From positions 1 to 25,812 of the forward strand of contig JAYPJE010000052.1 of assembly GCA_038128265.1 (NCBI GenBank): 25,812 nucleotides of DNA, given 5' to 3'. Every line of letters starts with the position of its first letter. The stretch's first letter is position 1. This DNA is from Gemmatimonadota bacterium. GTDB taxonomy: Bacteria; Latescibacterota; UBA2968; UBA8231. Below, piece by piece: positions 1-7,591 of this stretch. Made by a program: the position numbers and the translations under genes. The notes under the pieces were generated by a model. That model had not been told where the DNA came from. It did not search any database and worked only from the letters and a program-made list of their open reading frames with translations.

Positions 1-314
1 TCGCCGACGTAGTAGTTGCCGTCGCTGCCGATATACTGATAGTCATCGCCGAGCAAGCTGGCGAAGATGCCGTCGATGCGCCCGTCGTCAAGCAGGGCTG
101 ACAGGCGCTCGCTCTGGTCTATAAAAGGCACTAGGCACGAGCGCTGCTGTCCGTCGTGCGGCCTGCCGTCGTGGCCGCCGCCGTGCATCGTCCACACACC
201 CTCAAATGCGGCGATAATTTCCTCGATGCAGTCGTTGAGCAGGCCGGGAAAATGCAGATAGCCAAAGGTATCGATAAAGGCGAGCTGCTGTTTATTTAGC
301 TGCAGTTTGTTCAT
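1..314 (-). CDS. Phytanoyl-CoA dioxygenase (PhyH)-family protein, N-terminal part; runs off the window edge
   Basis: Not in the ORF track. Manual translation from ATG at 314 (RBS GAGGAGG upstream): MNKLQLNKQQLAFIDTFGYLHFPGLLNDCIEEIIAAFEGVW...SCLVPFIDQSERLSALLDDGRIDGIFASLLGDDYQYIGSDGNYYVG. The 'Q..F...GYL..PGLL' start is typical of PhyH. The HxD motif would lie outside the window. Confidence 0.8.
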   Translation of the reverse strand, partial: MNKLQLNKQQLAFIDTFGYLHFPGLLNDCIEEIIAAFEGVWTMHGGGHDGRPHDGQQRSCLVPFIDQSERLSALLDDGRIDGIFASLLGDDYQYIGSDGNYYVG

Positions 315-422
315 CGGAGCCTCCTCTGCGCGTTGATGGCGTCTCCTAGGTGGATTGATTATAGTTTAGCGCATGGCTGCAGCGCAACTGCGCTGGGCAA
401 CCTCTCTCCCTAGGAGTCTACA

Positions 423-1232
423 ATGAAAATTGGCCTCTACGCCTCTATGTTCGGCAAGGAAAAGCCGCCGGCGCTGGAGAGCATCGAAAGCTATCTCGAC
501 TGCGCCTATGAGCTGCGTTTGGATTTAATCGACTTTCGCCGCGACCGTGGCTTTGATTCAAAGGATCCCTCGTACTTATTCGAAACAAAGCTCAACTGCC
601 TGCGCAAGGGCCTGTCGGTAGGCTATCTCGCTTCGATCGGCCACTTTTCCGGCACGGACGAAGAGCTGGCCGAAAAGGTGGCGGCCGCCAAGGAAGACGT
701 CGACGTGGCGCTCTTCTTGGGCGCGCCCATGATCCGCATCTTTACTGGTATCCTCGAAAGCCGCGAGGATCAACAGCGCGAGGTGCGCTGCTTTCAGGAG
801 ATCGCCGATTACGCCGCGCAGAAGGGAATCTCCGTCGGCCTGCAAAATCACCCTTCAACCGGAGACGAGGTTCGCCGAATTCTCGAAGAGACGAACCGGC
901 CCAACTTCACGTTTCTGCTCGATACCGGACAGTGGAAGGACGCGCCGATGTACAACGGTGGCGGTCCGACCCCGGCAGACCATCCGCTCTACGACTACAT
1001 CCGCGAGACGGCGTCCTACGCGACGCACGTGCGCGCCAAGTTTTTCAAGATCGACTCGGGAAGAGAGGAGTATCTCGACTACGATCGCATTGTTCCGACG
1101 CTGGTCGATGCTGGCTATAACGGACCGCTGACGGTGGTTTTCGAGGGCAAGGACATCAATGCCTGCGGCGATCGCGACGTTATTCGCCTGGCAGCAGCCC
1201 AGCTGCGGGAATTGGCCGTCAAATACGCCTAA
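423..1232 (+). CDS. Sugar phosphate isomerase/epimerase family (xylose-isomerase-like TIM barrel, AP_endonuc_2)
   Basis: RBS TAGGAG; motifs 'ALFLGAPMIRIF', 'GLQNH', 'LLDTGQW', 'HVRAK', 'LDYDRIVPTLVDAGYNGPLTVVFEG'. Confidence 0.85.
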   Translation: MKIGLYASMFGKEKPPALESIESYLDCAYELRLDLIDFRRDRGFDSKDPSYLFETKLNCLRKGLSVGYLASIGHFSGTDEELAEKVAAAKEDVDVALFLGAPMIRIFTGILESREDQQREVRCFQEIADYAAQKGISVGLQNHPSTGDEVRRILEETNRPNFTFLLDTGQWKDAPMYNGGGPTPADHPLYDYIRETASYATHVRAKFFKIDSGREEYLDYDRIVPTLVDAGYNGPLTVVFEGKDINACGDRDVIRLAAAQLRELAVKYA

Positions 1233-1245
1233 TCGGAGCTGGCAT

Positions 1246-2115
1246 ATGGATCCCAGAGAAATCGAGAAACCCGATCTGTCCTACCGCTACGAGTTTTCTG
1301 TCGATGAACTCGACGCGGCCATAGCCTGCATGAACGCGCACGGCTTTTGCGTTATTGAGGATCTGTTGCCGGACTATTTAGTCGAAGAGCTCAAAGAAGC
1401 CGTCGTCGAGGCGGCCGACCCCGACGGCGCGCTGCAGCCGGGGCAGAGCTATACGCACACGTCGTTTGTCGAGACGGGGCCCAAGGCCTGGCAGCTGTTA
1501 GACTACGAGCCCTTTATGCGCGTACATGCTGCTTTTATTGGCACCGACGAGCTAACCATTCACCGCTCGGCCTGCATTATCCGCAAGCAGGGTTCGCAGC
1601 CGGTCACCTGGCACACGGACTGGCGCGGCTTTGAAGAAACGCCCGCCGTCGATACGGGCGGCGTGTTAAATCGCGGCGATTGGCCTTCGGGCAAGTGGTT
1701 TTACATCACCGGTTCGCGCCCCGAGCACGGCGGCCTGTGCGTCATTGAGGATTCGCACGTGGAAGGGTGGACGGGTCCCGAAGGGTTCCATCTGACCGCA
1801 GATCGCACGTCGTTCTATCCGGTCGACGAGCCGGAGAGTCGCTACAGCGGCTTTGATATACCGGGCCTGGTGCCGTTCTTTACGCGCCCCGGCGATATGA
1901 TCGTCTTTGCCCATCGCACCTATCACGGTGCCTTTTCCAATGCGCTTGAAGCAGACAGGCTGTCTTGCGCCATTGGCTTTCGCCGTCGCGACCACCGCAT
2001 TGAAGCGCCTTGGGACCTGCCCGAATCGGCGCGCGCATTTATCGATGCGCTGCCCGACCATCTAAAGCACTACGCCGATGGCTACACCGGCATCGAGCGC
2101 AGCTGGCGCGGCTAG
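1246..2115 (+). CDS. PhyH-family Fe(II)/2-oxoglutarate dioxygenase
   Basis: Start reassigned to ATG 1246 (GGAG RBS, 13 bp after upstream stop); 'HGFCVIEDLL', W-H-T-D, 'GGLCVIEDSH', 'PGDMIVF..RTYHGA', 'DRLS'. Confidence 0.88.
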   Translation: MDPREIEKPDLSYRYEFSVDELDAAIACMNAHGFCVIEDLLPDYLVEELKEAVVEAADPDGALQPGQSYTHTSFVETGPKAWQLLDYEPFMRVHAAFIGTDELTIHRSACIIRKQGSQPVTWHTDWRGFEETPAVDTGGVLNRGDWPSGKWFYITGSRPEHGGLCVIEDSHVEGWTGPEGFHLTADRTSFYPVDEPESRYSGFDIPGLVPFFTRPGDMIVFAHRTYHGAFSNALEADRLSCAIGFRRRDHRIEAPWDLPESARAFIDALPDHLKHYADGYTGIERSWRG

Positions 2116-2125
2116 CGCGCATCTG

Positions 2126-3001
2126 TCATTCCGCGGCGCGGCGCGCGATGGAGCCTTCTTGCGTCAGGGCGAAGATTACCGCGTTGACCGTCATCTGCTG
2201 AAAGCGCATGCTGCTAAACCGGCTGACGCGCGCCTCGTTAATCGCTTGCACGGACTTCTCGTCGAGCTGCGCCACGGCGGCGCGGTCTTCGTCTGAGCCC
2301 AGTTCGCGCACGTTCTCCTCGCGAATTTGGCGCTCGTCCTGCACGCCGAGTCCGGCAAAGGAAATCGCCGCCAGGCGGTCGCGCACGAATAGTCCCTGCA
2401 TACCCGTGGGCGAGGGCAGCATATTTTCTTCTAAATTGATGTCGAAAAACGTGCTGAAAATGGGGTGGCCATCCGGCACGCGTTCCGCCCAGGCGTCGCG
2501 GCCCCAGACGAGCTCACCGTACTTTTCCAGTCCTTCGCGGTAGGTGTCAAAGCCCAGCGATGCATCGATGACGAATCCGCCCTCCAGCAAATAGGCTGCT
2601 AGCTGCGCTAGCTCAACCTCGTTTGGCGGGCTCTGCGGGATGATAATGGGCAGGTCGAATAGGCGCGGATCGCTGTAGGTTATGCTCGGCGTGATCTCTG
2701 CGCGCACTTCTGTGTACTGATTGACGACATCTACGATCATCTCCAGATCGCGTAGATTGCCCACGCGCGTCAGCACGTCGGTATTGGAAATATTATCCGA
2801 CGCCACGCGCCCCATGCGGAAAAAGCCGGACACCGATTGGGGGGTCGCCGGATCGAAAACAATTTTGGCGGCAAACCGCTCCCTTTCGTAGGCCTGCTGC
2901 TTTTCTTCGGCCGTTTGCGGTGTTACGGCCAGCGGCGTGCACGCGGCTAAATAGCACGCACTAAGGACCGCACATAGGTGGCGCACCGATGCTCTTTTCA
3001 T
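2126..3001 (-). CDS. Putative lipoprotein with DUF4159-like domain
   Basis: Signal peptide ending in lipobox LAAC (Cys21); AAGGAG RBS; DUF4159-like segments 'ELAQLAAYLLEGGFV', 'HPIFSTFFDI', 'QMTVNAVIFALTQEGSIA'. Confidence 0.7.
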   Translation of the reverse strand: MKRASVRHLCAVLSACYLAACTPLAVTPQTAEEKQQAYERERFAAKIVFDPATPQSVSGFFRMGRVASDNISNTDVLTRVGNLRDLEMIVDVVNQYTEVRAEITPSITYSDPRLFDLPIIIPQSPPNEVELAQLAAYLLEGGFVIDASLGFDTYREGLEKYGELVWGRDAWAERVPDGHPIFSTFFDINLEENMLPSPTGMQGLFVRDRLAAISFAGLGVQDERQIREENVRELGSDEDRAAVAQLDEKSVQAINEARVSRFSSMRFQQMTVNAVIFALTQEGSIARRAAE

Positions 3002-3123
3002 CGGCAGTAGCTCCTTGTTTTAAGAGTCTCATAGAAGAGACCAAGCAGTTCATCTCGATGCTGCGCCTGCACGTTGAATATACACCTGACCCACAGCACG
3101 TCCATCTACGCTGGACTTTGTGA

Positions 3124-4077
3124 TTAGAGCGCCTCGCCGCCCGGCATGGGCGCTGGCTGCAGGTCGGTCAGAAAACGCGCAAAGGCCTCCCACTGCTCCT
3201 CGGCGATGGAAACCGTCGCGTGCCGGATGTTGTCTTCCAATTCGGCGACGGTGCGCGGACCGACCAGCGTGGCGCCAATGCGCGGCTCGCGCAGGCTAAA
3301 TTGGACGGCTAGTGCGCCGACCTCAATCTCGCGTTGACGGCACCAGGCATCGATCTGCCGCGCGCGCTCAATATCGGGATTCTCACCCTGGCTAGCCGCC
3401 ATGGCGTCGAGATCGATGCCGGCCAGCAGGCCCGCCTGGTAGGGCGAGCCGTTGACCACGCCTACGCCAGCTGCGCGAGCGTGATCGAGCAGGGGAGCCA
3501 TCGATTGGCGAATAGGGTGGTAATCGTAGGAGGGCAAGATGACGTCGGCGCGTCCGCTGTCGATGATCTGGCGCTGCCAGCGGTGGGTGCGGTTGCCCAA
3601 GCCGATGGCGCGAATTTCGCCGCGCGCACGCAGGTCTTCGAGCACTTCGAGCGCGCCGCCCGGCCCCAATATGGTCGCCATATCCGCGTCCGAACTGGGA
3701 TCGTGGACAAAGACGATGTCGATTGGGCCGAGCAATGCCCGGCTATTTTCGTAGCACCAGCGCACGTCGTCGGCCCCGTAGGCGTGAGGGCGATCGGGGT
3801 GGGTGCCGACTTTGGTCGACACCGTTAGCTGCGCGCGCACGGCCTCTTCAAGCGCGGCCAAGCCGGCGCCTAGATGCTGTTCCGATTCACCCGCGCCGTA
3901 CATCGGCGAGGTGTCGAAGTAGCGCACGCCCAACTCGACGGCGCGCTGCACCGCGCGGATGGCTTCCGCGCGCCGCTCCTGTGGGTCATCGGATTCTCTC
4001 AGCAGGCCTAGGTGACCGCCGACGCCCAATGCGGTGGTCTCAACGCCGCTGCGTCCGAGCGATTGCATGGGTAACAT
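3124..4077 (-). CDS. Aldo/keto reductase (D-threo-aldose 1-dehydrogenase-like)
   Basis: Catalytic tetrad motifs 'FDTSPMYG', 'STKVG', 'FVHD'; 'GEIRAIGLG'; 'LVGPRTVAELEDNI'; GGAGGA RBS. Confidence 0.9.
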   Translation of the reverse strand: MLPMQSLGRSGVETTALGVGGHLGLLRESDDPQERRAEAIRAVQRAVELGVRYFDTSPMYGAGESEQHLGAGLAALEEAVRAQLTVSTKVGTHPDRPHAYGADDVRWCYENSRALLGPIDIVFVHDPSSDADMATILGPGGALEVLEDLRARGEIRAIGLGNRTHRWQRQIIDSGRADVILPSYDYHPIRQSMAPLLDHARAAGVGVVNGSPYQAGLLAGIDLDAMAASQGENPDIERARQIDAWCRQREIEVGALAVQFSLREPRIGATLVGPRTVAELEDNIRHATVSIAEEQWEAFARFLTDLQPAPMPGGEAL

Positions 4078-4136
4078 ATCTTCCTCCTGATGTAAGCGTT
4101 TAGCGAACGCTGCCGGTAGGTCGGTGGGCGCGGCAA

Positions 4137-4166
4137 TTGACAGCGCTATCCTAGCGACGGCATACT
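4137..4166 (+). promoter_or_regulatory. Sigma70-type promoter for the Zn-dehydrogenase gene
   Basis: TTGACA (4137-4142), 18 bp spacer, CATACT (4161-4166), about 57 bp upstream of ATG 4223. Confidence 0.6.
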
Positions 4167-4222
4167 TCTACCGTAAGAACGCGCACCGCTCTGCTGCAGC
4201 GCGATAAAAATTGGGGATTTTT

Positions 4223-5245
4223 ATGCACGCTTTTTATCTACACGGTGCAAACGATTTGCGCCCGGCCGATATCGAACCTCCCGTCCTAGCTGCCGACCAA
4301 GTGCTGGTGCGCGTTTGCGCCACCGGCATTTGCGGCTCGGATTTACACTACTACGCGCACGGCCGCAACGGCGACTTTGTGCCGGCGCGCCCGTTTATTC
4401 TCGGGCACGAATCGGCCGGCGAAATCGTTGACGCTGGCGCCTTTGCCGACGTGCTGCCAGTGGGCACGCGCGTGGCCATCGACCCGGCACATCCATGCAA
4501 GACGTGCACCTACTGCACCGATGGACGCTACAATCTCTGTCCCAATATGCGCTACTACGGTTCGGCCGCTTCGTCGCCGCCGTTTGACGGCACCTTCCGC
4601 CAGTGTGCTCCGGCGTTGGCGAAAGGCTGCTACCCCATTCCCGACGATCTGGACTATCGGCAGGCCGCCCTGCTCGAACCGCTCGCCGTTGCGCTGCAGG
4701 CGGCTAAGCGCGCCGACGGCATCGCCGCACGGCGCGTGCTCGTTTGCGGAGCCGGGCCGATTGGCCAACTCGTCGGTCTGGTTGCCCGTCACTACGGTGC
4801 GGCGTGGCTAGCCGTATCCGACCTGCGGCCATCGGCTCTCAAGCTGGCGGCCGATACGTGGGCCGACGAGCCGCTGAGACCCGACGAACCGAGCCAGCTG
4901 GCCCAGGCTGCACGCCGCGGTTTTGACCTGGTGATCGAGGCCTCCGGTGCGCCGGCTGCTCTGGCGGCAGCCTACGAGTGCTGCCGACCGGGTGGCACCA
5001 TCGTGCAGTTGGGCACGCAGCCAGCAGAAGTCAGTCTGCCGGTCAACCTCGTTATGGCCAAAGAGCTGACGCTGCGCGGGTCCTTCCGCTTTGCTCACGT
5101 TTTCGCACAGGGGCTCGACTTGCTGATGCGGCGGTGCATCGATCTGAGCCCTTTGATCACGCACCGCTTTGCCTTTGACGACCTGGTCGCCGGTATGGAA
5201 ACGGCCTCTAGTCCAGATTCGATCAAGGTCGTCATAGACTATTAG
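4223..5245 (+). CDS. Zn-dependent medium-chain dehydrogenase, L-idonate 5-dehydrogenase/sorbitol dehydrogenase-like
   Basis: 'GICGSDLHYY', 'LGHE', structural Zn site CKTCTYC-x7-C, 'EPLAVA', 'GAGPIG', 'KELTLRGSFRF'; ATG 4223 preferred over TTG 4211. Confidence 0.88.
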   Translation: MHAFYLHGANDLRPADIEPPVLAADQVLVRVCATGICGSDLHYYAHGRNGDFVPARPFILGHESAGEIVDAGAFADVLPVGTRVAIDPAHPCKTCTYCTDGRYNLCPNMRYYGSAASSPPFDGTFRQCAPALAKGCYPIPDDLDYRQAALLEPLAVALQAAKRADGIAARRVLVCGAGPIGQLVGLVARHYGAAWLAVSDLRPSALKLAADTWADEPLRPDEPSQLAQAARRGFDLVIEASGAPAALAAAYECCRPGGTIVQLGTQPAEVSLPVNLVMAKELTLRGSFRFAHVFAQGLDLLMRRCIDLSPLITHRFAFDDLVAGMETASSPDSIKVVIDY

Positions 5246-5254
5246 AGGCCTTGC

Positions 5255-5662
5255 CTAGTCCTCGTCGACGGTTTTAAACGAAGTGCCCCAGGCCTTGATG
5301 CGGGCGTGATGGACGCCGTTGTAGTCTGCCTTTTCCCACATGGTTAGCAGGACGAAGTCCTCTGTTTCGCTCTCGTTGTACAGCGCGTGTTTTGTGCCGC
5401 CGGCGATAAATACGACCATACCCGGCTTTAAGTCGTGCGGCTCGTCGTCCAAATAGAGGATCGCTTGCCCGCGCACCGCGTAGTAGAGCTCGTTTTCCTT
5501 GTGGACGCCGGCTTCTGTGCGACCGCCCGGCTTGAGCGTGCCCTCGTTGATATTGATCGCTGCGGTGCCGGCGACAAAGTCATCCATGAGGAGCTTTGAC
5601 GAGTAGCTGTCGTCGCATATAAAGGGTTTTACCTGCGCTGGGTCGACAATTTGCTGTGCCAT
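5255..5662 (-). CDS. Cupin domain protein
   Basis: 'GVHKENELYYAVRGQA', 'LKPGMVVFIAGGTKHALYN'. Confidence 0.85.
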   Translation of the reverse strand: MAQQIVDPAQVKPFICDDSYSSKLLMDDFVAGTAAININEGTLKPGGRTEAGVHKENELYYAVRGQAILYLDDEPHDLKPGMVVFIAGGTKHALYNESETEDFVLLTMWEKADYNGVHHARIKAWGTSFKTVDED

Positions 5663-5779
5663 GCCATCTCTTCTCCGTTGTTGGGTGAAAAAAGAACGCT
5701 GTTATCGGTCTGCTTCTGCGCAAAGCGCATTTGGATATGCGCTTATAAAGCGATGCGGATGCGCTCTGGTCAAGCGGCG

Positions 5780-5808
5780 TTGACGTCTATTGCAGCGCCT
5801 GCTATCTT
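5780..5808 (+). promoter_or_regulatory. Sigma70-type promoter for the SDR/TIM-barrel/enolase operon
   Basis: TTGACG (5780-5785), 17 bp spacer, TATCTT (5803-5808) preceded by extended -10 TGn. Confidence 0.55.
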
Positions 5809-5874
5809 GCGGCCTCGTCTATGGGTTGTCTTCCATCCACTAACAGACGCGCCAATTTCACACGAGGTGTAGTC

Positions 5875-6696
5875 ATGTCGCACGCGCTTTTTGATTTGCA
5901 GGGACGGGTTGCCGTCGTATCCGGTGCGGCCAGCGGTCTGGGCAAGGCCATGGCGACCGCGCTGGCTGAAGTGGGGGCCGATCTGGTGTTGGCCGATATC
6001 AACCGCCCGGGGGTAGAACGGGCGGCCCAAGAAGTGCAGGCGCTCGGCGTCCGCGCCCTTCCGGTCGAGTGCGATATGTCGGAGCCTGCGCAGATACGCG
6101 CCTTATTCGAGCAGGTCGACAGCGCCTATGGACGCGTCGATATCCTCGGCAACGTCGCCGGCAATGCGCGCGGCGGTGACCCGCTGACGGTCGGCGAGGT
6201 CGACGTCGAGTTCACCATGAAAAACCTCATTGTCGGTCGCCTCGTCGCCTGTCAGGAAGCGGCGCGGCGCATGGTCGAGACGGGTAGAGGTAGCATCATC
6301 AATTTAATTTCAATTGCCGGCATCACGGCGCTTGGGCGCAACCACCTGCCCTACTCAATGGGCATGGCCGGCGCCGCGCAGATGACGCGCGAGCTGAGCA
6401 CGGAGTGGAGCGGGCGTGGCGTGCGGGTCAACGGCATTGTCTGCGCGCAGATTATGAACGCGGGCCTGGAGGCGCGCATCGCGGCCGATCCCAAGCTGGG
6501 CACGACCTATTTGCGCGGTATTCCGATGGGCCGACTCGGGCGGTCGGACGATATCAAGGGCGTATCTATTTTCCTGGCCTCTGACGCATCGGCCTGGATC
6601 ACCGGTGCACTGATTCCACTCGACGGCGGCAATCTGGCTAAGAACGCGGGTGGCAGCCACCACGGCATGCCCGGTGCGCCGGACGAGCAGCGCTGA
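5875..6696 (+). CDS. SDR-family oxidoreductase (gluconate 5-dehydrogenase/KduD-like scaffold, atypical active site)
   Basis: Start at ATG 5875 (GAGGTG RBS); 'LFDLQGRVAVVSGAASGLG', 'GSIINLISIAG', 'GVRVNGI', 'IPMGRLG', 'ITGALIPLDGG'; catalytic motif reads YSMGM. Confidence 0.88.
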   Translation: MSHALFDLQGRVAVVSGAASGLGKAMATALAEVGADLVLADINRPGVERAAQEVQALGVRALPVECDMSEPAQIRALFEQVDSAYGRVDILGNVAGNARGGDPLTVGEVDVEFTMKNLIVGRLVACQEAARRMVETGRGSIINLISIAGITALGRNHLPYSMGMAGAAQMTRELSTEWSGRGVRVNGIVCAQIMNAGLEARIAADPKLGTTYLRGIPMGRLGRSDDIKGVSIFLASDASAWITGALIPLDGGNLAKNAGGSHHGMPGAPDEQR

Positions 6697-6726
6697 ACAC
6701 GACCATCTGTGCAGAGAGAGATGCCG

Positions 6727-7554
6727 ATGACGCTTTTTAAAAGGGATAATTTGCTCGCTTGGTGCATCGTGCCATTTGATGCAGCCAGGCGGAGTCCGCA
6801 GCAGCGCGCCGCTATGCTACAGCGCCTGGGTATTCGTGCGCTGGCCTATGATTGGCGCGACGAACACGTGTCCTCGTTTGATGAGGAGCTGCGCCAACTG
6901 TGCGACCATGGCATCCGGCTGCACGCATTTTGGCTGGCGGGTGGGGCGCCCAAAGACGCCGATGCAGCGCGCGCCGACGGATCTATTCGCGTGGCGCTGG
7001 ACTTTGTCGAGCGCAACGACCTGCAGATTGAAATGTGGAAGACCTGCGGCGGCCGCCACCTCGAAGAGATCGCCGACGAGCGGCAGCGACTAGATGCGGC
7101 GGTCGAAGAAGTGACCGTGCTGGCCGAGCTTTTTGGCGATATGGGATGCACCTATGGACTCTACAACCACGGCGGCTGGGGCGGCCTACCGCAGACCATG
7201 GTCGATATTGCCGAGCGCGTCGGCCGGGCGGGCATCGTCTACAACTTTCACCACGGTCACGAACATCTGGGGCAGATGCCGGCTGATTTCAACGCCATGG
7301 TGCCGCACCTGCTCTGCGTCAATCTGAACGGCATGGCCGCTGCCGGCCCGAAGATTGTGCCGCTGGGTCAGGGCGACGACGACCGGGCGCTGCTGGATAT
7401 GGTAGCCAATAGCGGCTATGGGGGTCCAATCGGCCTATTGGACCACCGGCCGGAGATGGACGCAGAAGAGAGCCTGCGGCAAAATTTGGACGGGCTGCAG
7501 GGCCTGCTGGCCGGGCGCGGCGACGCGGCGGCGCTGGCTACCTTTGGCGAATAA
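6727..7554 (+). CDS. Xylose-isomerase-like TIM barrel protein
   Basis: 'AWCIVPFDA', 'AYDWR', 'GLYNHGGWGG', 'YNFHHGH', 'VNLNGM', 'PLGQG', 'SGYGGPIGLLDH'; start could also be 6709 or 6721. Confidence 0.8.
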   Translation: MTLFKRDNLLAWCIVPFDAARRSPQQRAAMLQRLGIRALAYDWRDEHVSSFDEELRQLCDHGIRLHAFWLAGGAPKDADAARADGSIRVALDFVERNDLQIEMWKTCGGRHLEEIADERQRLDAAVEEVTVLAELFGDMGCTYGLYNHGGWGGLPQTMVDIAERVGRAGIVYNFHHGHEHLGQMPADFNAMVPHLLCVNLNGMAAAGPKIVPLGQGDDDRALLDMVANSGYGGPIGLLDHRPEMDAEESLRQNLDGLQGLLAGRGDAAALATFGE

Positions 7555-7591
7555 TGCCCGGCCGTATATCCCCGCAAACTGGGAGCACCCT

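Noticed and set aside
1159..1245. ORF-track upstream extensions (also 5821, 7418, 10178, 11854, 14394, 17401)
   Set aside because: They overlap neighbouring genes or lack an RBS; downstream ATGs have SD motifs and match family N-termini
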